This document shows positions 37,933 to 47,382 of a stretch of DNA of 64,000 nt, one piece after another. The notes below the pieces were generated by a model. That model searched no databases and had not been told where the DNA came from. It saw only the letters and a list, made by a program, of their open reading frames with translations. The stretch is from contig JBMNIF010000002.1 of the NCBI GenBank assembly GCA_050950765.1, forward strand, positions 352,001 to 416,000, in the 5' to 3' direction. Position 1 is the stretch's first letter. Every line of letters begins with the position of its first letter. The stretch is from Bdellovibrionota bacterium. GTDB taxonomy: Bacteria; Bdellovibrionota_C; UBA2361; JAAYZI01. Both the position numbers and the translations under genes were made by a program.

Positions 37933-40900
37933 ATGGTTAAAACAGATAGCAATCATCAACAACACGGTGCAGTATTAGTCGAGTTTGCTCTGGGAGGACT
38001 ACTCTTTTTTACATTGATCTTTTCTATGATCGACCTCTCGGTCTTCTTCTATAACAGATCCGCTATGCGTAATGCAGCACAACAGGCCTTAGAGTTAGCC
38101 TCTGTCATTGAAGGGCTTGACGTTGCTGAATCAATAGATCAATCAGGCAATATTCAGAGAGATTATAAGTACGCAGATGAAAAAATTATACAAAAAGCAG
38201 AAGAGCTCCTATCTTCTTTTAAACTTGGTTCATTAAGGATAAGGAGCAACTCCAATGAAACGATTAACTTTCGCGGTGAAGAGAAACCTCTCGGTATCTA
38301 TCTGGATGTTCCAGGTGGAGATACGATCGCTGAAAGAAATACTAGATTGGATTCAGAACCGATAAAGATTACGATTCTCGCTAAATACAAAGCGAGCACC
38401 CCCTTTCTGCCGGAGCTACCTATCGTCGTAACGGAAGCCGCTTATAGAGAGCTCCGCACCAAATCAAATCTGCCCGTAGCGCTAGACTGTAAAGGCAATC
38501 CGATAACAGATCTCTCAAAAGCTCCTACAACTTGCCCCTGCACTGAATCTTCAGACCCGAATGCTGTTTTAACAACAGGAAGCACCTCCTGTTCATGTCA
38601 AGTAAACGGGAAAAGTATTAGTAACTATAAATACGACCCCGTTACAAAGAGTTGCGGGTGTTACGGAGGAAACGGCCTCCTTAATGGAGATGTTTGCATC
38701 TGTGCACTGAAAGAAGACGGCTCTGACTGTACAGAAGATAATCAATATCTAGATGGTGCCAACTGCTCTTGCAAACAGAAAGAGTGTAAAGGAAGTAATC
38801 AAGTTGTAGAAAAAAACTCTGGGAAGTGTCTCTGCGGCATCACCTCTGGAGACTGCAAAGAAGATTATAGGCTAGTTAAAACAACGTTGGAGGACGGCAT
38901 TCAGTGTAATTGCGAACCGTGCGGAGAGAATGCACACCGTTACGGCTTTAAAAATGAAGATGATGACACAGAAAATGATGATGGCGAAACAGATGAAGGA
39001 CTCTTTAATACCTGTGTCTGCGATGCGCCGGAAACGTGTGGCGATGACATGATAATGCTTCCGTACAATAAGAACAAACAAGATGGCGCTACTATCGGAT
39101 GTCTTTGTCAATCTTGTCATGGTGGAAAAAGAGGTGATGTAGATAAAGACGGCATCGCTAATGAATGTGATTGTAGTGGCGTAACCTGCGCTTCTGGAGA
39201 ATGGAAAGATCCGGAAACTTGTGCCTGTATAGCTTGTAGCACTAACTCAAATGCAAAGATGGAAGCTCCAGAAGGTGCCACAAGTGCAGAGGATTGCACC
39301 TGTCAGTCCTATACCGTCTGCCCAAACAATCAAAAAATGGATGCAAGCTGCATCTGCACATCTTGCGGAACTAACAAACATAGGTATGGAACAAAAGATA
39401 GTGAGAAAGAAGAGAAGAAATTCAACACCTGTGTCTGTGACCCTTACACAAAGTGCGGCAAGAATCAGACTATGGACAAAAATTGCAACTGCAAAGATTG
39501 TGGAAGCCATGCAACAAGAGCTAAGGATAGTAACAGCTGCGTCTGTATTAACGACATTACAAACCCAAATCAATATACGCCCTCAGTAAACGGAGGTTGT
39601 GCCTGTAACACGACTGACAGTAACATTGAATACAAAAACTGTACAGGATCAGGGAGTTATTTTAATACAAAAACTTGCCGATGTGAAAGTTGTGGAGTCA
39701 CAAACTCTACCCGTAAAGATCCGCAGGCTGAAACTAACGGTGTAAAGAGTGATAACGTTTATAGTTGTAGTGGCGAAGAGTGCGGTTGTATCTGCTTAAG
39801 TGGTAATGAAATCTCTAACGGAAGCTGCGGCTGTAATGACATATCAACGTACAATTGTGGAAAATCGGGCAATGGAAACTGGTTTTGTGAAAAAGATTGC
39901 AGTTGTAAAAGCTCAAATATATCCGATTACAATTGCAGCTGCGCTATAGATAAAAGTCATTGCACTAATAAATCATATCCATACTTTGATGAAATAAATT
40001 GTGAGTGTAGTAGCGCTTGCCCAGATCAACACAACTGTGAATGCGCTCTAACAGAAGCTATCTGCGGGGGTGATTTTGACCCGAATAAGTGTCAATGTTG
40101 CGGAAAGTATGCTCACTACGATGAAACAAGTGAGTCTTGTGTTTGTGATACAAATTACTCAGGTACTAATCCATACAGTAGTTGTGAATGTAGTAGAGAG
40201 TGTAATGCAGCAGGCGGTTATTACAGAGAAGATCTAAACTGCTCTTGCCAGAAATGCGGAAAATTTGAAGTTGTTACGCAAAGTAAAGATGCTTGCGAGT
40301 GCAGATACGACAACGATCCTTCCACGAGAAAAGGGGCAGCTCCCGACAACCTTTGCAATACAGGACAGGAGTTCGATTACGAGCACTGTACCTGTACCTG
40401 CCCACCTGATACGGATGAAACATGGTCAGAAGCTGAGTGTAACGCTATCGGAGCTATCTATAACTACGACACCTGCGACTGCCAACGTCCTGAAGGAAAT
40501 CACGATTCAGAAAAAAGTTGCGTAGGAGCTGATTGTTGTGTTGGCGAAGAGGTTTATATAAATGACAAGTGTGTTTGTGAAGATAAAGATAAGAAGGCTG
40601 CTGCATGTAAAAACAATGGAAGAACTTTCTCCGAAGAGTTGTGTTCCTGCGGCGGAGGTGGTGGCGGCGGTACTTGCGGTGTTTGGACAGAGGCACAACA
40701 TAATGCAAAACGTCAAGCTTGTAACGAAGCAGGTAAGATGTATAGCGCATCGAGTTGCAGCTGCTACTCTTGTAGATACAATCAGAGCTTTACAAATAAT
40801 AACGGTGTTTACAGTTGCCAATGTAATTTAGAGAGTAAAACGGTAAAAGATCGCCGACAAGTTTGTGAAAATAACGGCGGAACATTTGATACTACTTATT

Positions 40901-43131
40901 GCCGGTGTAGTGGTGGAGAGGGTACTTGTAATAATAATATAGCTGAAAACTTAGAAACGGGGCAACGTAAAGTCTTAGATCCGACTAGTGGTGTTTGCCG
41001 ATGTCAAAACAACTTAAAAGAGGATCCGACAACACATATCTGCAGTTGTGATAATAACCTGTTTGGAATATCAGGATCTAAAAATCAGTTAAAACTAAGT
41101 GGTAATTTCTGTGTTTGCGAGAACAACGGAACTCTTACTAACGGCAGTTGTAGCTGTACAGATAATCAAGTAATCGGTGCAAATAATACGTGCGTCTGTA
41201 AAGATACACTCAATACGATAGCAAACTCTCCAACTTGCACCTGTAAAAACAATCTGGTTATGGGGTCAGACGGTATCTGTACCTGTAAGGGAGACCAGAA
41301 ATTAGAGGCAGGCTCCTGTGTCTGTGAAAATCCATTGATGAAGATCGATTCTTCAAATAACTGTATCTGTGATTTATCCGGCTTAACGGACGAAGAGAAG
41401 AAAGAGCTGATTCCGTGCGGAAAAGGTGAAGTGATTAACGAAACTTTGTGCGGTTGTTCAAAAAGAGAGGCTACGGCAGGTGAAGAAGACGGTACAGGCG
41501 AGTGCCCGCCGAATACTAAACTTGCTCAAGATACTGATGGACGGTGGGTCTGTAAATGTGAAAATGAAGCTCTTACAGCAGAGGGAGAGAATTGTCTGTG
41601 TGATATAACTGAAGGTGGCGCAGCCCGTAGCAGTTATCTCGCCTGTGTTGGAGAGGCAGGAAATGAAACAGGTCGAGACTTTAACACAACCTCTTGTAAA
41701 TGTTGTACAGGTCAAGAAACATACGATCAGAACTTAAAATCTTGTATCTGCGAAGCGAGTGTAGCTGAAAGTTGTAATTATGGAGAGAAAGGTCCCTTCT
41801 CTTCCTTAAGGTGTGATTGCTGCGGCAGAAATGAAAAACTTACGGAGAATAACGATTGCACCTGTGATGAGGAAAAAATACGGGATTTTTGTCAACTTAC
41901 AGGGAAAACATACATACTAGGAAGTTGCAGCTGCGGAGAAAAGTGCGGAGTCAGTAATTTAAAGAAGCTAAACCTTGCTACAAACACCTGCGAATGCCCA
42001 AGTAACGCAAGTGCGCAGTGTGCTGAAGGGATCGCTTATAATGCAGATGCCTGCCAGTGTTGTAGCTCAAAATATCAGGAAGTAAAAAATGGTGCCTGTG
42101 TCTGTAAAGATACAGCAACTTTAAAAGCAGAGTGTGTTAATGAAGGAAAACCTATTGCAGGTTGCGGTTGCGGAGCAAGTTGTACAAACGGTAAAGTTTT
42201 AGATACCAACCCTGCAAGCACAAAATACGGAACTTGCGTTTGTGATGAGACAGCTCTTGATGCCTATTGTGCAGATCAAAAGAAACCTGTTGCGAGTTAT
42301 AATTCTTGTACTTGTCAGAACACAATTTGTTCTAATAACTTTACAGCAAGTGGAACAGGCTGCATCTGTGATACAACACAAGGAATTGCAAAAGCTGCAA
42401 AAGACAACTGCACTGGTGAATTCAGTGAAACATCATGCTCTTGCTGCGCAAATGAAAATTATGAACTTGATGATACTACCGGTCAATGCACCTGTAAAAA
42501 AGCAGGTACTCCTTGTGATGAGAACGGCTATTACAGTGATGCTTGCGACTGTAAAACGTGTCAAGGAAATGAAAAGGTAAATGAAACCTTTAGCGGCTGT
42601 GAATGTACAACTGGAACAGCTGAAGGTACAAGTCAAAGCACTGCCAACTGCGGAGAAAATCAGAGGTTTGACACCGCAACTTGCAGCTGTGTTGATTGTG
42701 GAGGTAAATACCGTTCTTCCGAAGATGGATTAAGTTGTGATGTTTGCCCGACTGCAGAAGCAAAAACACTTTGTAGCGGCGCTAACTATGTACTGGATGA
42801 AAATAGCTGTAATTGCATAAGGTGTAACGAACTTCGTACTGAAGATGCTACTGGACTTAAGTGTGAATGTAAAAACAATGCAGGCGACTACTGTACAGAG
42901 AGACGTAATGGAAGTGTGCCTGACGAAGATTGTAACACCTGCATCTGTACTGAAGGTTTTATCAAAATGACAGTTTATGACCTATCTGGGAAAGCGTACG
43001 ATATCTGTGTTGATGATGACTACGCAGGGTGCATACGAGATGAGGAGGACAATATCTACAACTGTAATGGTACTGAGTATGTCTATAATACACATACTAA
43101 TTCCTTTGAAGACTACTCTCCACTTGAATAG
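37933..43131 (+). CDS. Giant TadE-family minor pilin with ~1550-aa Cys-rich (CxC repeat) C-terminal region
   Basis: HG|AVLVEFALGGLLFFTLIFSMIDL...NAAQQA TadE motif, then about 68 CxC motifs (hand count); uninterrupted 1732-aa ORF with AGAGG RBS. Confidence 0.85.
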   Translation: MVKTDSNHQQHGAVLVEFALGGLLFFTLIFSMIDLSVFFYNRSAMRNAAQQALELASVIEGLDVAESIDQSGNIQRDYKYADEKIIQKAEELLSSFKLGSLRIRSNSNETINFRGEEKPLGIYLDVPGGDTIAERNTRLDSEPIKITILAKYKASTPFLPELPIVVTEAAYRELRTKSNLPVALDCKGNPITDLSKAPTTCPCTESSDPNAVLTTGSTSCSCQVNGKSISNYKYDPVTKSCGCYGGNGLLNGDVCICALKEDGSDCTEDNQYLDGANCSCKQKECKGSNQVVEKNSGKCLCGITSGDCKEDYRLVKTTLEDGIQCNCEPCGENAHRYGFKNEDDDTENDDGETDEGLFNTCVCDAPETCGDDMIMLPYNKNKQDGATIGCLCQSCHGGKRGDVDKDGIANECDCSGVTCASGEWKDPETCACIACSTNSNAKMEAPEGATSAEDCTCQSYTVCPNNQKMDASCICTSCGTNKHRYGTKDSEKEEKKFNTCVCDPYTKCGKNQTMDKNCNCKDCGSHATRAKDSNSCVCINDITNPNQYTPSVNGGCACNTTDSNIEYKNCTGSGSYFNTKTCRCESCGVTNSTRKDPQAETNGVKSDNVYSCSGEECGCICLSGNEISNGSCGCNDISTYNCGKSGNGNWFCEKDCSCKSSNISDYNCSCAIDKSHCTNKSYPYFDEINCECSSACPDQHNCECALTEAICGGDFDPNKCQCCGKYAHYDETSESCVCDTNYSGTNPYSSCECSRECNAAGGYYREDLNCSCQKCGKFEVVTQSKDACECRYDNDPSTRKGAAPDNLCNTGQEFDYEHCTCTCPPDTDETWSEAECNAIGAIYNYDTCDCQRPEGNHDSEKSCVGADCCVGEEVYINDKCVCEDKDKKAAACKNNGRTFSEELCSCGGGGGGGTCGVWTEAQHNAKRQACNEAGKMYSASSCSCYSCRYNQSFTNNNGVYSCQCNLESKTVKDRRQVCENNGGTFDTTYCRCSGGEGTCNNNIAENLETGQRKVLDPTSGVCRCQNNLKEDPTTHICSCDNNLFGISGSKNQLKLSGNFCVCENNGTLTNGSCSCTDNQVIGANNTCVCKDTLNTIANSPTCTCKNNLVMGSDGICTCKGDQKLEAGSCVCENPLMKIDSSNNCICDLSGLTDEEKKELIPCGKGEVINETLCGCSKREATAGEEDGTGECPPNTKLAQDTDGRWVCKCENEALTAEGENCLCDITEGGAARSSYLACVGEAGNETGRDFNTTSCKCCTGQETYDQNLKSCICEASVAESCNYGEKGPFSSLRCDCCGRNEKLTENNDCTCDEEKIRDFCQLTGKTYILGSCSCGEKCGVSNLKKLNLATNTCECPSNASAQCAEGIAYNADACQCCSSKYQEVKNGACVCKDTATLKAECVNEGKPIAGCGCGASCTNGKVLDTNPASTKYGTCVCDETALDAYCADQKKPVASYNSCTCQNTICSNNFTASGTGCICDTTQGIAKAAKDNCTGEFSETSCSCCANENYELDDTTGQCTCKKAGTPCDENGYYSDACDCKTCQGNEKVNETFSGCECTTGTAEGTSQSTANCGENQRFDTATCSCVDCGGKYRSSEDGLSCDVCPTAEAKTLCSGANYVLDENSCNCIRCNELRTEDATGLKCECKNNAGDYCTERRNGSVPDEDCNTCICTEGFIKMTVYDLSGKAYDICVDDDYAGCIRDEEDNIYNCNGTEYVYNTHTNSFEDYSPLE

Positions 43132-43159
43132 TAACCATTAAACTACAAAGGTTATACTT

Positions 43160-45112
43160 ATGAAAAGAGAAAGAGATAACGGTGGTTTTTTGGTAACATT
43201 TGCTATCCTACTTCCGATCGTAATAGGGTTTGTAGCTTTTGCGATAGACCTTAGTATCGGGATGGAATCAGGGAGACAAGCTAGAGACTTTACTAAACTA
43301 GCCACCTTAAAAGCTCTTGAAGGGTACTACGCTTGTAGCGCCTCCTCTTGTCCGACCCATGATGACAGGATGAAAGCTGCTAGAAGAGGGGCTCAAAGCA
43401 TTTTAAACAGCTTAGAAAACGAGACTGTCGGAAAAAACAGCGAGCGGATTGTTGACGCAAAAGCAGAGCTCAGCACCAGTCCTGATGCCCAATTTAGATT
43501 AAAAGCAGGGTGTTGGACCACTGCTGGTTTTGCAGAACGTGGAACCAGTAATTGTAGTGAAGAGCATAATCCAGGGGCGATGCAGATTGAGGGTAAATAT
43601 CCCTTTGTAACGGAAGCTATTTTCGGTAAGATCTTCGGGAAAGACCACTATGCACAATATGTGCGGGTGACTTCACAAGTTATACCACGCCATATCTACT
43701 TCTTAGTTGATGCTTCTGGATCTGTTGTAAGAGACAACTTTAAAACAGAGCGGTATGAAGATTTCGCCTACTACGATCAAGCTGTAACAGGGGGAGAGGG
43801 GCTACCCACTCATACATTTTGGTATAATTCCAAGCTTCAGAAATGTGATAAAGAAACTCCTTCAGAAAATGATGCTATCTGTAAAGAGATGTATGTAGCA
43901 AAAGCTATCCTTAACGATACCGATTATGATGAAGCTCTATACCCCCACCATCCGAATCCAAGTAGATATCCGACAGGAGTAAATTCAGGCGGACATCAAG
44001 TGTATAGAATCAATAAGATAGTCTCTCCTCAACCTTTAACCGATATCTTTGCTGGAGTTAATAAGGCTATCCACACAATTAACGATCATAAAATTGCAGG
44101 CGATAGGGTCGGCGTTATCTTTTTTACAAATAAGATATCTTGGCCAAGAATGACTAACTTAACTGATGATTTAGATTATTTAGAGAGATTTACAGACTTT
44201 ACTACTAATAAAAACATCTTAGATGATACAAAAGAGATAAAGCCTAACGGCGAAGAGACCTTAAAAATCAGTACGGAAGGACAACCTGCCGTAGAAGTTT
44301 CTCAAATATTACCCTCAACAGGTTTTGAGAAAGCTATCCGTCACGGACTTTTCCCGGTAGAGCCACCCGCTTTTACAAATATTAAGGAAGCTTTAACGGC
44401 AGCATTAGATCAATTTGATAAAAATGATGATGGAAGTGATGTAGCTCGCTCCGTTATCCTTTTTTCTGACGGTATTCAGAATTGTGCTAAGGATCCTTGT
44501 AGTGGAGGCAAATTCTGTGGCAATACGTATCAATGTTATATACAAGGTATGCCTGAACTACGAAATATCGTTATGGCACGTATGACAGGAGAAAATCTGA
44601 TTCCGTTTCATATGTTTCCTATCGGAAACAGTGTTGAACCGCACACAAAGATCATCTTAAAGAAAGAAGGGGGGTGTTACACAGATTCCAATTTTAGAAT
44701 AGAAACCGATAGTAGTATCAAAAAAGATTCACTGGGCTTCGTTTTAGGCTCAACCGATGGAAGTGGCAATTCTTGTCGTATTCAAAATACTTATAGTACA
44801 GATCCAACTTGTAGCGCTGCTTTTAAAAATGATGGATTTCATCAACCACTTCAAGACCTCTATGAGTTAGCTGTCGCTACGCAAGGAGTTTGGGCACCTC
44901 TTCGTCCACAAGGAACGGGAACGAACTGTTCAAAGAGCACGGATCAAAGTTGTATTGACGATAGCGGTAATAAGAGAGAGATTCGTGTACACGACCCGTT
45001 ATGTCGTACATACGCCGAGCAGATTGACGATTATATGCAAGAGATCGTCGGTATAAATCCATTTCGTGTTGTTGAAACCGTTAAGATCCCTGAAGATATG
45101 AATAAATATTAA
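43160..45112 (+). CDS. TadG-like pilus-associated protein with vWA domain
   Basis: GG|FLVTFAILLPIVIGFVAFAIDL Tad motif; vWA MIDAS residues FLVDASGS, FTNI..AL and ILFSDG; many Cys. Confidence 0.82.
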   Translation: MKRERDNGGFLVTFAILLPIVIGFVAFAIDLSIGMESGRQARDFTKLATLKALEGYYACSASSCPTHDDRMKAARRGAQSILNSLENETVGKNSERIVDAKAELSTSPDAQFRLKAGCWTTAGFAERGTSNCSEEHNPGAMQIEGKYPFVTEAIFGKIFGKDHYAQYVRVTSQVIPRHIYFLVDASGSVVRDNFKTERYEDFAYYDQAVTGGEGLPTHTFWYNSKLQKCDKETPSENDAICKEMYVAKAILNDTDYDEALYPHHPNPSRYPTGVNSGGHQVYRINKIVSPQPLTDIFAGVNKAIHTINDHKIAGDRVGVIFFTNKISWPRMTNLTDDLDYLERFTDFTTNKNILDDTKEIKPNGEETLKISTEGQPAVEVSQILPSTGFEKAIRHGLFPVEPPAFTNIKEALTAALDQFDKNDDGSDVARSVILFSDGIQNCAKDPCSGGKFCGNTYQCYIQGMPELRNIVMARMTGENLIPFHMFPIGNSVEPHTKIILKKEGGCYTDSNFRIETDSSIKKDSLGFVLGSTDGSGNSCRIQNTYSTDPTCSAAFKNDGFHQPLQDLYELAVATQGVWAPLRPQGTGTNCSKSTDQSCIDDSGNKREIRVHDPLCRTYAEQIDDYMQEIVGINPFRVVETVKIPEDMNKY

Positions 45113-45121
45113 GATATAACC

Positions 45122-46189
45122 ATGTCTAAAAAACTTACTTTCTTCCTATTTGCCTCATCCTTTGTTATTGCTCTCGGATTCATTGCGCTAATCTCCTTTA
45201 ACAACGAACGTCTTGAGTTACAAGTTATTCTCCCGAAAAGTGCACAAGAAATTCCCCTACAATTATCTCACTTTGAAAAATCACACCGTAACGTTCGTTT
45301 TCAGATCAGATATATAGCAGACACTGAATTTAAAAGAGAGTTACACGATCTACCCATTAAAGCAGATATCGTATTCCTACCTTCAAAGCAGTGGCTAAAA
45401 TTTACTGATAGCAACAGTTACGTTAAATACAGAAACTCCATTTTAACCTCACCAACCGTTATCTTAATGAATAAGAAACACGCTAAAAAATATGCAAGCA
45501 AACGTGTTAAACTTAACGCTAAAAAATTTATGCGAGGTGTAACTCTAAAAAGCTTAACCTTCTCCATGCCAAGTCCGAAGAGCTCTGCTCTCGGTATGGC
45601 GACCTTCTTCGGCTTTATTGAAGCTCTTGTGCAAGATAAAACACTCCGTCCCCAACAAACAGTACCGGAAGGAACCTCCTCAACAAAGGAACGTATCCTC
45701 TCCCCTTATGAAGTGTTGTCACTAAAGAAAGTTCAAAACTTTCTTCAAAGCATAGATATAAATGATACAGACAATCTACTTGCAGCTTTAGAAAACAACA
45801 CTTACGATGGTGTTGTTACAACGGAGCAGCAAGCTGCTCTACTTAATAAAAGACTAAAAGCAGAGAAGAAAGAAAGTTTCGCCATCTTATATTTTAAAGA
45901 GGCCGATCTCGCCTTTAATCTTACTTTAGGTTTTATTGATAAAGGTGATCCTGAAAAGGAAAACGTCTTTAACGAGTTACGCACCTTTTTAACCTCACCT
46001 GAAGTTCAAAATAACTTTTCACACGAACTTTATCGCACCCGACTAGGAGATAACTACGACCCTAAAGATTGGCAAGGGCTTCTTCCCCATTGGCACCCCT
46101 ACACAGAGTGCCCCTTTGGTCACTCAAAAATTGTAAAACTTATAGCCTCCTTCCAAGAGATTAGAAAAGAAGTAGGTGGGGCTGAATAA
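45122..46189 (+). CDS. Membrane-anchored extracellular solute-binding-fold protein
   Basis: N-terminal TM; SILTSPTVI, FSMPSP.SS, YDGVVT.E and FLTSPEVQ resemble the SBP domain of SBP-vWA proteins; starts 9 nt after the vWA gene. Confidence 0.6.
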   Translation: MSKKLTFFLFASSFVIALGFIALISFNNERLELQVILPKSAQEIPLQLSHFEKSHRNVRFQIRYIADTEFKRELHDLPIKADIVFLPSKQWLKFTDSNSYVKYRNSILTSPTVILMNKKHAKKYASKRVKLNAKKFMRGVTLKSLTFSMPSPKSSALGMATFFGFIEALVQDKTLRPQQTVPEGTSSTKERILSPYEVLSLKKVQNFLQSIDINDTDNLLAALENNTYDGVVTTEQQAALLNKRLKAEKKESFAILYFKEADLAFNLTLGFIDKGDPEKENVFNELRTFLTSPEVQNNFSHELYRTRLGDNYDPKDWQGLLPHWHPYTECPFGHSKIVKLIASFQEIRKEVGGAE

Positions 46190-46339
46190 GGTGCTTTTCA
46201 CCACCCCTTAGAGTATCAAGATCGGGCTAGGTGGCTGCCACCCTACCTAAATCTTAAATTTGCATTTCGTTATATTATCAAGCATCCTTTAATATGTCAT
46301 AAAGTGATAAAAACATCAGGGTGCTGTTTTATAAAAACT

Positions 46340-47308
46340 ATGATCTACGAATCAACACAGGAAAATATCCAAAAAGCTGCTGAATTAATAAAATGCGGAG
46401 AGGTTGTTGCCTTTCCGACAGAGACAGTTTACGGGCTTGCTGCTAATGCTCTTAACCCTCAAGCAGTGCAAAAGATCTTCGACTTAAAAGAACGACCTAA
46501 TTTCAACCCACTTATTGTACACCTCCTTACAGTGGAACAGATTGAAGAGGTTTCAACTTATAAAAACTCCCCCCGTTTAGTTGAATTATTAGAAAAGGTG
46601 CAGAGATTCTGGCCAGGACCGTTATCAGTAATTTTACCAAAAAGAGAAGAGATCCCCTCCGTTGTGACAGGTGGGCTAGAAACCGTCGCTATTAGAATTC
46701 CCTCACACCCTATCGCCCGTTCTTTTATTAAGGCTTGCGCCTGCCCCATCGCTGCGCCAAGTGCTAATAAGTTTACCCATATCAGCCCAACCAAAGCAGA
46801 GCATGTACAGGATAGCCTTGGCGATCAAGTTTTTATCCTTGATGGCGGTTCAACTCCAGTTGGACTTGAAAGTACCGTTATCTCGCTAGTGCCAAATCCA
46901 CCGCAACTACTACGTCCTGGCTTTGTTACCTTTGAAGAGTTGCAAGCGGTACTTAATGATATCGAACACGGAGAAAAAGTTTCTCTACGACCTCCTTCTC
47001 CCGGTATGTTAAAACGGCACTATGCGCCGAATACTCCGTTAATGTTGAGGGGCTCCACCTCTTTAAAAAACTTACCGAAAAATTGCGGACTAGTTTCATT
47101 TAAAAAATCAGAAGAAGATCTCCACCTCTTTAAAGAAGTTATCACACTTAGTGAAAACAGTGACCTTGAAGAGGTCTCATCAAAACTTTTTAATGCCCTA
47201 CACGAACTGGATAAAAAAGGGCTAGATCTAATTCTAATTGATTCATGCCCTGAACACGGTTTAGGACTAGCAATAATGGATAGGATCTCCCGCGCAACAA
47301 AGAGATAA
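46340..47308 (+). CDS. sua5: Threonylcarbamoyl-AMP synthase, Sua5 type (YrdC plus SUA5 domain)
   Basis: VAFPTETVYGL, K.RP..NPLIVH, FWPGPL, AAPSAN, G.ESTV, SPGM..RHYAP, G.GLAIMDRI.RA. Confidence 0.93.
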   Translation: MIYESTQENIQKAAELIKCGEVVAFPTETVYGLAANALNPQAVQKIFDLKERPNFNPLIVHLLTVEQIEEVSTYKNSPRLVELLEKVQRFWPGPLSVILPKREEIPSVVTGGLETVAIRIPSHPIARSFIKACACPIAAPSANKFTHISPTKAEHVQDSLGDQVFILDGGSTPVGLESTVISLVPNPPQLLRPGFVTFEELQAVLNDIEHGEKVSLRPPSPGMLKRHYAPNTPLMLRGSTSLKNLPKNCGLVSFKKSEEDLHLFKEVITLSENSDLEEVSSKLFNALHELDKKGLDLILIDSCPEHGLGLAIMDRISRATKR

Positions 47309-47382
47309 CGTCAAATAGACCAAGTCTACTCACAACAAGGTCTATCCATCTTTATTATCTGCTTATCTGTTTATCTGTTTTT

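Noticed and set aside
37933..43131. Multiheme cytochrome or eukaryotic contamination
   Set aside because: Only one incidental CxxCH (CQSCH). The gene has a bacterial RBS, a prepilin motif and tight operon spacing.
47352..47382. TTATCTG(C/T) x3 microrepeat
   Set aside because: Too short and low in complexity to support a function.
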